A stretch of 64,000 nt of DNA from a virus. The notes under the pieces were generated by a model, which ran no database searches, had not been told where the DNA came from, and saw only the letters and a list, made by a program, of their open reading frames with translations. Every line of letters begins with the position of its first letter. Positions within the stretch are counted from its first letter, which is position 1. Both the position numbers and the translations under genes were made by a program. The DNA lies in IMG/VR virus record IMGVR_UViG_3300033145_000777, positions 17,183 to 81,182 of that record. One strand, 5' to 3'. Below, piece by piece: positions 39,609-49,936 of the stretch.

Positions 39609-39854
39609 GTAAAACAAATCAATTTCCAAGGTAAGCTGGTTAAAACCTTCGAGATTTTGGTTCCTTCGAGGTCTCGCCCAGGCATGGTTGCCCATAAAGT
39701 GGTGAAAGACATTCAAGGAAAATGGTCATGCAGTTGCGAGGCGTTCCGCTACTCAAAACACAACACACATCCCCAAGATTGGTGCAAGGACGGAGAAAAA
39801 GCCTGTATTCACATCAAGAGAGGTAAGAAGGCATTCGAGGTGGTTCAATGGTAA
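39606..39854 (+). CDS. SWIM zinc-finger protein
   Basis: WSCSCEAF...CIHI. Confidence 0.7.
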   Translation: MVKQINFQGKLVKTFEILVPSRSRPGMVAHKVVKDIQGKWSCSCEAFRYSKHNTHPQDWCKDGEKACIHIKRGKKAFEVVQW

Positions 39855-40193
39855 GAGTCAGTCTAATTAGGATCAAGGTAGACAAGAACCCTCCCCATAA
39901 AGAATGGTTGAATGAGAAGGTCTGTGAGATGACGCTCAGTGATGGAGAGTACATGAAGTTGCGCGCGGAGATACGAGGCATTAACAGCATCTACGCTGGT
40001 GGCAAGCAGAACAGGCGATACAAGCTGGTGGAAATATAATGAACACCTACCAGAGACGCATACGCCTGAGCCTACCACAAGAACGAGTAATCGTCAGGAA
40101 TGGGCTACAGATAAACGGAGTTCGAGTAAGGACCCCGAAACTTGAGACTCATCCCAGCTTATGGTTGCATATCCTGTTCAAAGAGGGAGCACA

Positions 40194-40463
40194 ATGAGTA
40201 AACCAATTAAGATGACTTGGAAGATTAACACGAAAGGGTTGATTCGGGAAATCATGAATAACCCGAACACGCTCATCCTAAAGCAACCGCTTCAAATCCT
40301 GCATCAGCTACTCCTGGAAACTGGAAAGAGAGCCTTAGAACTGGACGATCCTAAGATGAATTGCTGGATGCTTCGGCTCGGCCTGTACTCGATAGGCGAT
40401 CCTGAGAGTCCGGACTTCAACCCTGAGGTCGTAGCTGAATATCTTAAGGAACACGAACAATGA
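40194..40463 (+). CDS. Hypothetical protein
   Basis: Probable start MSKPIK after GAGGGAG. Confidence 0.5.
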   Translation: MSKPIKMTWKINTKGLIREIMNNPNTLILKQPLQILHQLLLETGKRALELDDPKMNCWMLRLGLYSIGDPESPDFNPEVVAEYLKEHEQ

Positions 40464-40651
40464 GCAAGCGCGCGCGAGACAAGACCTGTAGTAGATGCGG
40501 TAAACCATTCAAACCCATCAAGATAGGTGTTCATATCTGCTTGGAATGTCTGAAAAAACGCGAAGGGAAAATTTGTGACAAAAATGGTAACTGATATATG
40601 CCAAGCCAACTTCCCTATACATGGTGACTGAGGCTGAGGAGGTCTGGTCCA

Positions 40652-41326
40652 ATGATAATGGTAGCGCATCAACCCAATTTTATTCCCTACTTGCCTTTCA
40701 TCCATAAAGTCGCAAGGGCTGACGTCTTTGTGGTTTTAGATCAAGTTCAATACCCGAAGAACAATTTTGTGAACAGGGTTAAGATTAGGACTTCTAAAGG
40801 GGAAGAGTGGCTTACCGTCCCTGTGAGAAGAGACAAAACCGACAAGAGAATACTTGCAGTCAAGCTTCCTGAGAATCATAGGTGGAGAACTAAGATGTTC
40901 AAAACCTTGGCACAGAACTATGGAAGATCACCTTTCTGGTCACACTATCTAGACATTATTAGAGAACTCGTGTATCAGGAGACTGATGAATTAGTCGAGT
41001 ACAACATGAATTGGTTGACTTGGATTCTCAAGGAGCTCGACATTAACACAAAAATTGTGATACAGAGCCAATTAGGACAGGTCGTAGCAAGAAAATCTGT
41101 GCTACTTGCCCAACTAACGAAAGAGGTAGGGTGTGATACCTATCTATCTGGTCTTGGAGGAACAGGCTATCTTAAAGAAGAACTGTTCACTGAACAAGGG
41201 ATCAAGCTTGAATACACGAATTTCATCCACCCTGTCTACGAACAAGCATATAAGCCGTTTATCTATGGTATGTCCGTATTAGACGCATTGCTCAATGAAG
41301 GACCCAACTTGAGGTTCATATTATGA
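40652..41326 (+). CDS. WbqC-like family protein
   Basis: HQPNFIPY..F..K...AD.FV.LD.VQY.K..F.NR; YLSG.GG..YL; MSVLDALLN. Confidence 0.85.
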   Translation: MIMVAHQPNFIPYLPFIHKVARADVFVVLDQVQYPKNNFVNRVKIRTSKGEEWLTVPVRRDKTDKRILAVKLPENHRWRTKMFKTLAQNYGRSPFWSHYLDIIRELVYQETDELVEYNMNWLTWILKELDINTKIVIQSQLGQVVARKSVLLAQLTKEVGCDTYLSGLGGTGYLKEELFTEQGIKLEYTNFIHPVYEQAYKPFIYGMSVLDALLNEGPNLRFIL

Positions 41327-41487
41327 GTACAGTAAAGGAACTTACCAGGAAAACCGTCAAGGTCTCAGACATAATCCCGTATGATGAGAACGTGAAAAAG
41401 CACCCACCTAAACAGGTCGAGGGTATAGTAAAATCAATGGATATTCATGGATCAAGCAATAAACAAGGAGCCCATGACGGTTATTGA
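41323..41487 (+). pseudogene. N-terminal fragment of ParB/Srx-like domain protein
   Basis: KVSDIIPYDENVKKHPPKQVEGIVKSM, then loses similarity and stops. Confidence 0.55.
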
Positions 41488-41809
41488 ACCATCTCACATT
41501 AGGGACTTTACGTATATAGATGACGTCGTTATGGCTTGTATAGCAGCTTCACAGCTGAAAGGATTCAACGTATTCAACGTCGCATCAGGTACACCAACGT
41601 CCATTAGCGCCCTCGTACAGCTTATCCAAGGAATCTTCGACTACAAGATTGAGGTTACTAGAATCCCTGAACGAGGAATTGATAACCTTACTAACAGGAG
41701 CATTTCGATTAAAAAAATTAGACCCATTTGGGTTCCGGTTTACACGCTTTATGAAGGACTCAGTAAACTCAAACCTCAACTAATACAAAATAGTTCCGCT
41801 AACAGTTAA
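41447..41809 (+). pseudogene. C-terminal fragment of NAD-dependent sugar epimerase/dehydratase
   Basis: RDFTYIDDVV, FNVASG..TSI..L; no Rossmann GxxGxxG or YxxxK. Confidence 0.7.
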
Positions 41810-41838
41810 CTTTTATTTGCTCCCCCCTACCTCAAAGT

Positions 41839-42063
41839 ATGTCATACGATACAAAACTACTCAAGTTTGACTATACATTCGTCACATGCAAGGGAGGAAA
41901 AGAGATCGAAGTAGCTGAGGGTGAGGAACCTAGAACCCAGACAGCCGATGAGGAAGCCACAGCCGTCTGCTCAGAGATGGGTAAACGAGGCTACAAGGTT
42001 ATTCGCTGTTTTGTCAGAGCCGATGGTGTCAATCACATCGTAATGGAAAAACAATACAGATAA
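41839..42063 (+). CDS. Hypothetical protein
   Basis: 74 aa ORF. Confidence 0.5.
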   Translation: MSYDTKLLKFDYTFVTCKGGKEIEVAEGEEPRTQTADEEATAVCSEMGKRGYKVIRCFVRADGVNHIVMEKQYR

Positions 42064-42116
42064 TTCAACCCATAAATCTTTTATATGTTCAAGTTAAGAT
42101 GTATTGACCCAAAATG
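42064..42116 (+). promoter_or_regulatory. Repeated promoter/start motif, copy 10 (type B)
   Basis: TTCAACCCATAAATCTTTTATATG...TTGACCCAAAATG. Confidence 0.8.
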
Positions 42117-42791
42117 TCTAATACAGGCAAATATATCACTCAAAACGGTTATAATTACTATCCACTGGTGTCTGCACTTCAAAAGGACATCAGAAGAGGG
42201 AATGAACGACAAGCAGTTTTCTGGGCTCTTGAGCTTCAAACCTACAAACCGTATCTTCTCTGGAGTAGGTTGATCATCATCGCTTCTGAGGACATAGGAC
42301 CCGCAAACAACAACATGGCGATTCTTATTGATATTCTCCATAAACGGTATCAGGAACACGCAAAGAAGAGGGGAGAAAGCAAGGGACTATTCCTCATCCA
42401 CGCGGTTCTAGCATTGTGCAGGAGCCCCAAATCAAGGGAAGTGGATGAACTACTCTGTATCACCCTCCCAGAGGTAGGTATGGGGATTAATCTCCCAGCG
42501 ATCCCTGACTACGCTTGTGACATGCACACTAGGACAGGGAAGGCGATGGGACGAGGGATCGAGCACTTCTACAAGCATGGAGCAGTAATCAGCCCGACCA
42601 GTTTCCCCCCAAGGGAGGGAGAACCAGATTGGCACTCTCCATACACTGCTGAGGTTGCAGCATTCGAGGATCGACCTGATGTTAAGGAATACTTCAAAAG
42701 TCTGAAATATCCTTCAAAGAAAAAGGTAAAAGTCACGGAGAAAAAGGTCAATAACACCCTTGACGACATTTTAAACCCAAAGGAGGACTGA
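42114..42791 (+). CDS. RarA/MgsA C-terminal-domain-like protein (no ATPase domain)
   Basis: SALQKDIRRG, RLIIIASEDIG, PKS, IPDYACDMHT. Confidence 0.75.
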   Translation: MSNTGKYITQNGYNYYPLVSALQKDIRRGNERQAVFWALELQTYKPYLLWSRLIIIASEDIGPANNNMAILIDILHKRYQEHAKKRGESKGLFLIHAVLALCRSPKSREVDELLCITLPEVGMGINLPAIPDYACDMHTRTGKAMGRGIEHFYKHGAVISPTSFPPREGEPDWHSPYTAEVAAFEDRPDVKEYFKSLKYPSKKKVKVTEKKVNNTLDDILNPKED

Positions 42792-42794
42792 GAG

Positions 42795-43235
42795 ATGCAG
42801 AAACTAGAAAACATACAAGTACACGGCATCCCCCTCACCTTAGAAGACGTTGACGACGAGAACAAAACCTATGGTGGAGTCAACAAGACTTGGAGGGAGA
42901 TGATGGAAAGATGGATCAAGTGGCTCCAAGAATCAGAAGCCGTGAAATCACAGGTACATAAAATTAAACGCATGGAGATAGGCTCCATTGCCCACTTCTA
43001 CCTCAAGGCCAGTATGAATCCGTTTTTCTGCACTGAGTACAAGAAAACGACTTGTCTCGATCACTGCGAAAATAGTTGTTCCATGTGGAATAGACCGGAT
43101 AACTGCTGCACCGCTGAAGCAATCGGTGAATACGAGGGAGAATTGGAGAATAGCAGAGATATGGCACTTGATACCATGCACGTTTTGAGGCTGTACTTTA
43201 AACCTGAACTCCCCTTACAGGAGGCTCCACAATGA
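42795..43235 (+). CDS. Hypothetical Cys-rich protein
   Basis: 146 aa ORF. Confidence 0.5.
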   Translation: MQKLENIQVHGIPLTLEDVDDENKTYGGVNKTWREMMERWIKWLQESEAVKSQVHKIKRMEIGSIAHFYLKASMNPFFCTEYKKTTCLDHCENSCSMWNRPDNCCTAEAIGEYEGELENSRDMALDTMHVLRLYFKPELPLQEAPQ

Positions 43236-43419
43236 CTGATACTGTGAAACGGTTTGAACACTGGAATGAAGTTGAGACCTATCTCGATGAAAACTCAGAA
43301 AAAGTCATTTATTGGCTAGGTGACTCTCAGGCAAAGAACGAGATAGTTCTCAAGAGAAACAGGGTTAATCGAGGCGATCCTGATTGGGATTGGCTTGTAA
43401 TCTGGCGAGGTGTTGAACT

Positions 43420-44295
43420 ATGAGTGCCGATAACGAGTTCAGTATCATGGAGAAGCGTGATGAGGAACAGATTCTTGCAGAATTAGCAGGACAGGTTATC
43501 GAGGAATACTTCTACATCTCGCCTAAAGGAAAGCTAGTTATCAGTTACACCGGGGTCAAAGAGATCAGCCGGGAGTATGGTAACAATGACGCTGACTTTG
43601 TGGAAATGAAAGAAACAGATACGGCTTGGATCATTGTCTGCAAAGCCACGGATACTGAGAGAAACATAACCAGAGGAGGGATAAGCACTCAGAACAAACT
43701 GGAGAAGGTCTACAAGTACACAGGTTCAGGAGATAGCCGAAAAAGAGAGAAGGATGATCAAGGGAACGACATCTACACGCTTCAACCAGATGAGTTCTGT
43801 ATCCAGAAGGCTTTCAGCAAGTCCCAGAGGAACGCCTTGAATGCAATACTGCCTGTGACCATTATCACTAAGGCAGCCGAGGCATGGAGGGAACAACATA
43901 AAGGAGGAGGCGGAGGAGGCACCAACAATACACAGAAAAAAGGACCTCAAACACGTAGAAAAGCAGACTCTGAATTTAACATCACAGACTTCATGGAGCC
44001 AGCAGAGCTCAGAACACCTGAGATTATACTCCTTGATGAACTCAAAAAAGGTGAGGGTAATTGGGATCAAGTGGAGAAATTGACGAGGGATTGGATGATG
44101 ATGGCGAACCTGAACCCAGAGAACTTCAAATTTGAGGTTGATAACATGAAGTTCACGGTAGCTCCCAAGATGTTGGTTTCAACAGAGATGAAGCCCATAC
44201 TGGAAGGGATTATGGCTTTCGGTGGATTCGTACCCACTAAGATCAAGAAGGTGAATGGTTGGAGGATGAACAAATCGGCGGTGACAGGGAAATGA
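43420..44295 (+). CDS. Possible ssDNA-annealing/recombination protein
   Basis: Beta-hairpin region followed by KAFSKSQRNAL, reminiscent of Rad52-like annealases; Gly linker; weak. Confidence 0.35.
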   Translation: MSADNEFSIMEKRDEEQILAELAGQVIEEYFYISPKGKLVISYTGVKEISREYGNNDADFVEMKETDTAWIIVCKATDTERNITRGGISTQNKLEKVYKYTGSGDSRKREKDDQGNDIYTLQPDEFCIQKAFSKSQRNALNAILPVTIITKAAEAWREQHKGGGGGGTNNTQKKGPQTRRKADSEFNITDFMEPAELRTPEIILLDELKKGEGNWDQVEKLTRDWMMMANLNPENFKFEVDNMKFTVAPKMLVSTEMKPILEGIMAFGGFVPTKIKKVNGWRMNKSAVTGK

Positions 44296-44471
44296 TCGAG
44301 CCAGAAACTCCAATGGAGCAATGTCCTAAATGCGAGCAAAAAGCACTAAGGACAGATGAAGCTCCTGACCTTGAACTTGAGCTAGAGTACGGGGAACCCT
44401 ACACAAAATACACTCAGACTTGCAGCTTCTGTAACTATGAGAGCCAGCACTCGGAGGTGACAGGGGAATGA
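44292..44471 (+). CDS. Small Zn-ribbon protein
   Basis: CPKC...CSFC; flanked by 22-nt direct repeats. Confidence 0.55.
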   Translation: MIEPETPMEQCPKCEQKALRTDEAPDLELELEYGEPYTKYTQTCSFCNYESQHSEVTGE

Positions 44472-44914
44472 TGCTCTGGGAAATCTGTCAACTCTGCGGA
44501 AAGCAGAGAAAAATAGAAACCAACGACCCACCCAAGCGTACCCTTTCGGGACATATCTGGAAAACTTACAAGTTGGGTGAGTTCGATATTGAACATCCCT
44601 ACGAGGGTTATGAGATCAATATCTGCGGGAACTGTCTAGACGACCTGCCGTTTGAGGTTGATAGTTACCTAGTCAGCAACACAGAGAAAGCACACGACAT
44701 TCACTATCATTGGGACGAGCTTAAGGAAAGAATCCTCAAATCCCTCAATACAAAAGGAACTGGCGTTGATGGATGCTTTAACACTGTCAAGCTAGAGCTT
44801 GATTGCCGCCCAGAAGCGAAGAAGGTTTTGTTCACATTCATTAACCATGATGGGAAAGTTATTCACGGCATTGCCGATGAGTTAGTAATGACAAAAGAGA
44901 GTCCTCGATCATGA
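44468..44914 (+). CDS. Zn-finger-containing hypothetical protein
   Basis: CQLC...CGNC. Confidence 0.5.
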   Translation: MMLWEICQLCGKQRKIETNDPPKRTLSGHIWKTYKLGEFDIEHPYEGYEINICGNCLDDLPFEVDSYLVSNTEKAHDIHYHWDELKERILKSLNTKGTGVDGCFNTVKLELDCRPEAKKVLFTFINHDGKVIHGIADELVMTKESPRS

Positions 44915-45372
44915 TTAAGTCTCCTGCTGGGGAAAACGTCTTAGCACTCCCACATGGGAAGATAGAAAAACACATGCGCCTCAGAATCAAGTATATGAAC
45001 CCTAGTGCGTTAAAAAGAAACAAAAACGTAATTGACCAGGCCAGATCATTCCCTGAACGACACCGTAGTATGGGGTTCGCTACTTTACCTGATGACCTTA
45101 TGGACATCGCTTATAATCTCATCAAAGAACGATTGGAGGAATTGTGATGATAACTCATGATAAGCAGTTAGAAGCAATAAAAGCTGCTGCACAAGACTTG
45201 GTGAATAAACATGAGAGTGCCTGGTGTAACTCTATAGAGTGCTCAGAGTGTCCGTTTAACGTAATAGACCACACCGATGACATACAGTGCGGGATTCTGA
45301 TAATTCAGAATAATCTTGGTTCCTGAGCGCAAAGCATAAATTCAGACTCTGCCCTTTTTTACTTGAGCAAAC

Positions 45373-45696
45373 ATGTCTATCTACATTCTGATAGCTTATA
45401 CAAGCGTATTCCTGAGCTATTGCCTCCACATGGCGGTTATTATGCTCGGAAGAATAGTTGAACTGAATGTGCTCGCGCTCCTGATCGCTATGATTGGCGT
45501 CATGGCGGCTGCGCTGGCACTAATTACCATCAGCAACCCGCCAGCTCCCCCTTACAGCGTTTCCCTTCAATTCCGTCAGGTTAGGATCAAGCTTGGGATC
45601 ACTGGAAACATTACAGCAATCGACAACAACTATCATGTTGGAAACGGTACAACTGTTGAAGTCGGGTATCTACTGCCCCTTGAATTACATGTCTAG
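45373..45696 (+). CDS. Membrane-anchored protein
   Basis: Long hydrophobic N-terminus. Confidence 0.45.
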   Translation: MSIYILIAYTSVFLSYCLHMAVIMLGRIVELNVLALLIAMIGVMAAALALITISNPPAPPYSVSLQFRQVRIKLGITGNITAIDNNYHVGNGTTVEVGYLLPLELHV

Positions 45697-45774
45697 TGAA
45701 TTTAGACATCATAAAGGATGCAGAAAGATTACAAGTAAACAAGTAAACAACTTGAACGGAGCAGAAGAAAACGA

Positions 45775-45802
45775 GGGAGTGATCGGGCTCCCACCCTTTT
45801 TT
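45775..45802 (+). terminator. Hairpin + T-tract
   Basis: GGGAGT...GCTCCC followed by ACCCTTTTTT, before the next promoter. Confidence 0.45.
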
Positions 45803-45813
45803 ATTAAAATAAC

Positions 45814-45867
45814 TTTAGCCCATAAACTTTATATAAGGTTCTAGCATAGTAAGTTTGACCTAAAATG
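45814..45867 (+). promoter_or_regulatory. Repeated promoter/start motif, copy 11 (type A)
   Basis: TTTAGCCCATAAACTTTATATAAG...TTTGACCTAAAATG. Confidence 0.8.
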
Positions 45868-46029
45868 GTAAACCAAACCATTCAGACAGTAGCTGGGGAA
45901 GCTACCTTCGTTAAAACCCTAACCGACAGTGAGCTCTGGGCTGGAGACTACAGCACCAGAAACGGGTATTGGGTAATCCACCGAGGAGCAGAACACCACG
46001 TATACAAGGTATACCCGGAGGCAGCCTAG
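45865..46029 (+). CDS. Hypothetical protein (54 aa, below ORF-track cutoff)
   Basis: Starts at motif ATG; stop abuts next ATG. Confidence 0.55.
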   Translation: MVNQTIQTVAGEATFVKTLTDSELWAGDYSTRNGYWVIHRGAEHHVYKVYPEAA

Positions 46030-46350
46030 ATGGTCAACCCAGACGGTTCACCCCAATACACAGGAGAGAACCCTGAAAAGATGAAGAACTACGTTGTAAA
46101 AATCATGTTGGATGTACACAGCGTAATGAAGCCAGTTCAGAAAAGGGTAGGGGCAGTGAGGTTCATACATGGAGCAGCTGATCTACTAAGCACACTTCAG
46201 CAGGAAGGCTACTCGGAAGAAACAATCAAGAACATGGAGATTTTCGAAATCACCAAGGTCAAACTAGCATGGGAATCCATCGAGGCACATTTTGAGCAAC
46301 CAGCACCAAAGAACTATGAGCCAATCTTAGGTTACATGGAGAAAGCCTAG
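46030..46350 (+). CDS. Hypothetical protein
   Basis: GGAGG RBS. Confidence 0.5.
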   Translation: MVNPDGSPQYTGENPEKMKNYVVKIMLDVHSVMKPVQKRVGAVRFIHGAADLLSTLQQEGYSEETIKNMEIFEITKVKLAWESIEAHFEQPAPKNYEPILGYMEKA

Positions 46351-46526
46351 ATGAAATTAGATGTAGATACCTTCATCGGGATAGATGGAAAACCCTACAT
46401 CCACATCTACAAGAAAGGCGTTCACGCCTTCACAAGTATCCGAGTTACACTACATGATGACGGTGACATCTCCGCTTCACATAGCTCAAAGAAAACGTGG
46501 AGAGAATGGGCAAAGGATGACCCCTG

Positions 46527-46898
46527 ATGCCAAACAAGATGACGGCAACACAGCTTACAGCATTTTACCAGGAGGTTTTACCTGATCTCAACAAAAACCA
46601 GAAAGCTGTCTACGAGGTGTTCACAGAGAACCTCAGCATGACTTTCACAAACAGAGAGCTTGCTGATGAACTATGCTGGGAAATCAACTCTATAACGGGT
46701 CGAACAAACGAGTTATGTGGAAAAAGTAATCATTATCCAATGAGCGTCCCGGTACTCGTAATCGTGGGGAAAAGAAAATCAATCAGGCATAAGCTAAGGG
46801 AGTATTCATTGTCTTCAGACCCGGTGTACTCAAAACTGGATCATAACGAGATGGCGATCAATCCCCATTGGCTAAAAGGAGGATACAAAATTGAATGA
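46527..46898 (+). CDS. Winged-helix protein
   Basis: QKAVYEV...FTNRELADELCWEINSITGRTNEL. Confidence 0.7.
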   Translation: MPNKMTATQLTAFYQEVLPDLNKNQKAVYEVFTENLSMTFTNRELADELCWEINSITGRTNELCGKSNHYPMSVPVLVIVGKRKSIRHKLREYSLSSDPVYSKLDHNEMAINPHWLKGGYKIE

Positions 46899-47259
46899 GA
46901 CAAAAACAAACACGGAAAACTGGAATAGACTATGGAAGTTCTATAACCCACCATACAGGAACCAAGTCCCTGTTAAACCAGGTTGGGTAGCAGCGGTGTA
47001 CGCTGAAGGTGAGGGCTTCAAACAGATAATCAAGGATCAGCAACTCAGGTTGTTTATTATGGAGAGGGATTGGAAGGAGAAAGCTGAGAAGTATGACGCC
47101 CTAGACTTCGATAATGGAGAGAAGCTGAACAAGGTATCTCAGGCAAGCCAATGTATTGCGATCATTGAACAGGCTGGGATCGAGGTTAAAGAGGGAACCA
47201 TAGCCCACAAGTTAATGACGGTACTAGAAGCAGTTCCAGCTGAGGGAAACAAATATTGA
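46891..47259 (+). CDS. Hypothetical protein
   Basis: Coupled ORF. Confidence 0.5.
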   Translation: MNETKTNTENWNRLWKFYNPPYRNQVPVKPGWVAAVYAEGEGFKQIIKDQQLRLFIMERDWKEKAEKYDALDFDNGEKLNKVSQASQCIAIIEQAGIEVKEGTIAHKLMTVLEAVPAEGNKY

Positions 47260-47371
47260 AAGTGAAAGCTAAAGCAACTGAAGCTACTTTTTATTTCCCA
47301 GCGAGCGTGGAGAGACTAAAATAAAGTTACATACCCTACCCTTTTTATACAAATTACCGAACCAATAAAAC

Positions 47372-47779
47372 ATGATAGCTCTAATAGGTCAAACCATAGA
47401 AACAGTAGCAACAGTAGCTTCATTCGTATTCCCCATACCAACAACTAACATACAGATATTCTGGTCTCTGCTAGGAGCACAGTTCGGTAGGTCCTTTGGT
47501 AAGCAGCTTGACCAAGGGATTCAAGCAGGAGACACCTTCCAAGGTCTTACTGATTGGCAAAAGGATATAGTAAAAAGAATCCTCGACTTTACGCATCATT
47601 GGTGGGTTGGAGGCTTTTTGTGGCTATACGCGACTGAAATAAATAACCTAATGATAGACGGTGGAACTGGATTCATTATACCTCTTACCTTCTTCGGGTT
47701 TGGGTTGATGGTTGATGATATGCGGGACATAGAGAACCTGAAGCGCAGATTCAACGGCAAACCGGATGATGACCAGTAG
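47372..47779 (+). CDS. Membrane protein
   Basis: Hydrophobic segments; HHWW and terminal DD motifs. Confidence 0.55.
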   Translation: MIALIGQTIETVATVASFVFPIPTTNIQIFWSLLGAQFGRSFGKQLDQGIQAGDTFQGLTDWQKDIVKRILDFTHHWWVGGFLWLYATEINNLMIDGGTGFIIPLTFFGFGLMVDDMRDIENLKRRFNGKPDDDQ

Positions 47780-47841
47780 ATAAGTAAAAACCCTCCCCCT
47801 CTTTGGAAACACCCCCACCCATGAGAAATGTAGGGCTTGGT

Positions 47842-47895
47842 TTCAGTTCATAAATCTTTTATAAGGTGTAAGGGTAGTTGTATTGACCCAAATTG
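47842..47895 (+). promoter_or_regulatory. Repeated promoter/start motif, copy 12 (type B, TTG start)
   Basis: TTCAGTTCATAAATCTTTTATAAGG...TTGACCCAAATTG. Confidence 0.8.
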
Positions 47896-48451
47896 GATAA
47901 CCAGACTGATAAAAATAAAATTAGTGTGCCTAAGGAGTATCCGCCGTGGATTAACGTGGAGTATGATGGGCATGAGTACGTGGTGTTGAGTAAGGATGAG
48001 CATAAGGCGATCCTGCTGGGCAGCATTGATGGTAACATCGAGTTCATGAAGGCTACTGATGGGAAGTGGGCTATTGGGGATAATATGTTATACGTTACTT
48101 TGCAGCAGATGATTGAGAAACATAAACCCGAGTCCTTCGGGGTAGCATCAGACGAGGTGGATAACCTTGAAGAGTGAATGGGATAAACTCAGCGATGCTC
48201 AAAAACATGAGTATCTGTGGAGGACATGGGATAAAGGTGAGGTTGACCCGTTCAGCCTGAATACCTGTTACCCTGACTTTATGAAAAAACTGAGGACCTT
48301 GAGTACAAGTAACCATGAGAAACTTGAGGCGATCAAGGTTCTAAACACTGCGCTATATGAGGCGTTGCCCTCTGGGGATGTGGACGCATTCGAGTTGATC
48401 AAGCTGATTGGTTCTCATTATGAACAAGTTGCAGAGGTGTTGGGTGAGTGA
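47893..48451 (+). other. Two small hypothetical genes (47893-48177, 48167-48451)
   Basis: Coupled ORFs after promoter motif. Confidence 0.55.
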
Positions 48452-48624
48452 GGGGTAGTGTTCAACTACAAAGAGGATAAAATGATGTCAAATCATACTA
48501 CAATACGAGAGGCATTTGCCTTTGTTATCGGAGCTTGTTATGTGTGGCTAATCACATACAAATCCAGAGTTAAACACAGCGTTAGGTCAATCATGAAATC
48601 TAAAGAACTTAGGAGATCAGAGAA

Positions 48625-49143
48625 ATGAAGCGTCCTGAAAAAGTAGTTATATGGCCTCATGTTGAGAGAAAGGAAACAGGATTCCTAAACCATCTTGAGA
48701 AGCCACTTTTTGACTACACTATTAAACTACCTTCTTGGATCGGGCTCGCATACAGACTAAACTACGTTAAAGTTGAGGTGCATGAAAACGTGCCCCCATT
48801 CATTGTAAGAAATTTAGATCATAAAGAATGGAGGCCGTATGTCAACGAAAACTGGATGAAAAAACTAACCACGATGCGTAAACTGAACCATAACTATATG
48901 CAAGTTTTCACATTGGGGAGAGATGATCCAAAAACACGTGAACTAACGACCCAGGAATATAATGAGTACCGACGAGAATTACGCGAATTAAACGAAAAAT
49001 ACGGTATTGGAACACCCACTAAATCAGATAGTTTTAGGTCAACGGAGGCAAAGCGATTAAAGGTCGGAATTATTCGCCACCAGCCATTGAATCCATTATC
49101 AAACACAGCAAGAGGTAGCAAAGATGAAGTTGTTCCTGTATAA
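48625..49143 (+). CDS. Hypothetical protein, paralog of 52086..52340
   Basis: MKRPEKVV.W.HVERKETGF.NHLEKPL shared. Confidence 0.6.
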   Translation: MKRPEKVVIWPHVERKETGFLNHLEKPLFDYTIKLPSWIGLAYRLNYVKVEVHENVPPFIVRNLDHKEWRPYVNENWMKKLTTMRKLNHNYMQVFTLGRDDPKTRELTTQEYNEYRRELRELNEKYGIGTPTKSDSFRSTEAKRLKVGIIRHQPLNPLSNTARGSKDEVVPV

Positions 49144-49435
49144 GCTGTTGACTCAGGTAATCATAATTCTTGGTAGACTCAGGGATAAACTAGGTATGAA
49201 AACAGTTATACGAAATGACAGAGTTTTCATTGACCCCAGGGTACTGAGATTCTTCACCTGCTGTGATTGTGGTTTAGCTCACACAATATTCCCCTATAAC
49301 GATGAGATCAACCTAGTTAAGCCAGCCAGAGTAGAGGGCTATGATTATAGTTGGAGAAAGTTCAGCGTTGGTGGCACACCTTTTGCCTCAGAGCAGGAAG
49401 CACTAGACTCTCTAGTTAAGGAGAAAGAACAATGA
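49124..49435 (+). CDS. Hypothetical protein with CCDCGLAH motif
   Basis: Coupled ORF. Confidence 0.5.
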   Translation: MKLFLYKLLTQVIIILGRLRDKLGMKTVIRNDRVFIDPRVLRFFTCCDCGLAHTIFPYNDEINLVKPARVEGYDYSWRKFSVGGTPFASEQEALDSLVKEKEQ

Positions 49436-49932
49436 TCATTCCACTTGATGAGGTTGTTTACGACAAACGTGCCAGGTACGGAATATGGTGCAGCCTTCCA
49501 TACCCCAATCATCCAGATGGATGTATAAACATAGAAAAAGACACCAAAACAGTCCTTGAAGATGGCTGCTGTCAAAAGGCTATTGAGAAACGGGATCTTC
49601 TTGAACTTGAAAAACAGTTCGGACGATGGACAGCTATAATCCAACTCTACGATCTTCGAGGACACCACGTAAAGATGCGTCGTAAGCACAACTGGACAAG
49701 CCGATTGCAGCTGAGGAACCGCCGTCACTGGCAGAACAAGGTTGAGTCCAAGCTCATGAAAGAGGCTCAACAATTCGCAGCATCAAGTCTCTGTAAAACC
49801 GTGATATTGGATATTCCAGAGGCAAACGGAGTCAACGTGTACGCGACCCTATCAAAATATGACATATACCTCAAGGCTGACCCCGACCTAGTCTATAAAG
49901 TGATGCTCGTAGGTAAACGACATAAGAGGTAA
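49432..49932 (+). CDS. DUF2284-like metal-binding protein
   Basis: C..PYPNHPDGC and PEANGVNVYATL. Confidence 0.55.
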   Translation: MIIPLDEVVYDKRARYGIWCSLPYPNHPDGCINIEKDTKTVLEDGCCQKAIEKRDLLELEKQFGRWTAIIQLYDLRGHHVKMRRKHNWTSRLQLRNRRHWQNKVESKLMKEAQQFAASSLCKTVILDIPEANGVNVYATLSKYDIYLKADPDLVYKVMLVGKRHKR

Positions 49933-49936
49933 AACA

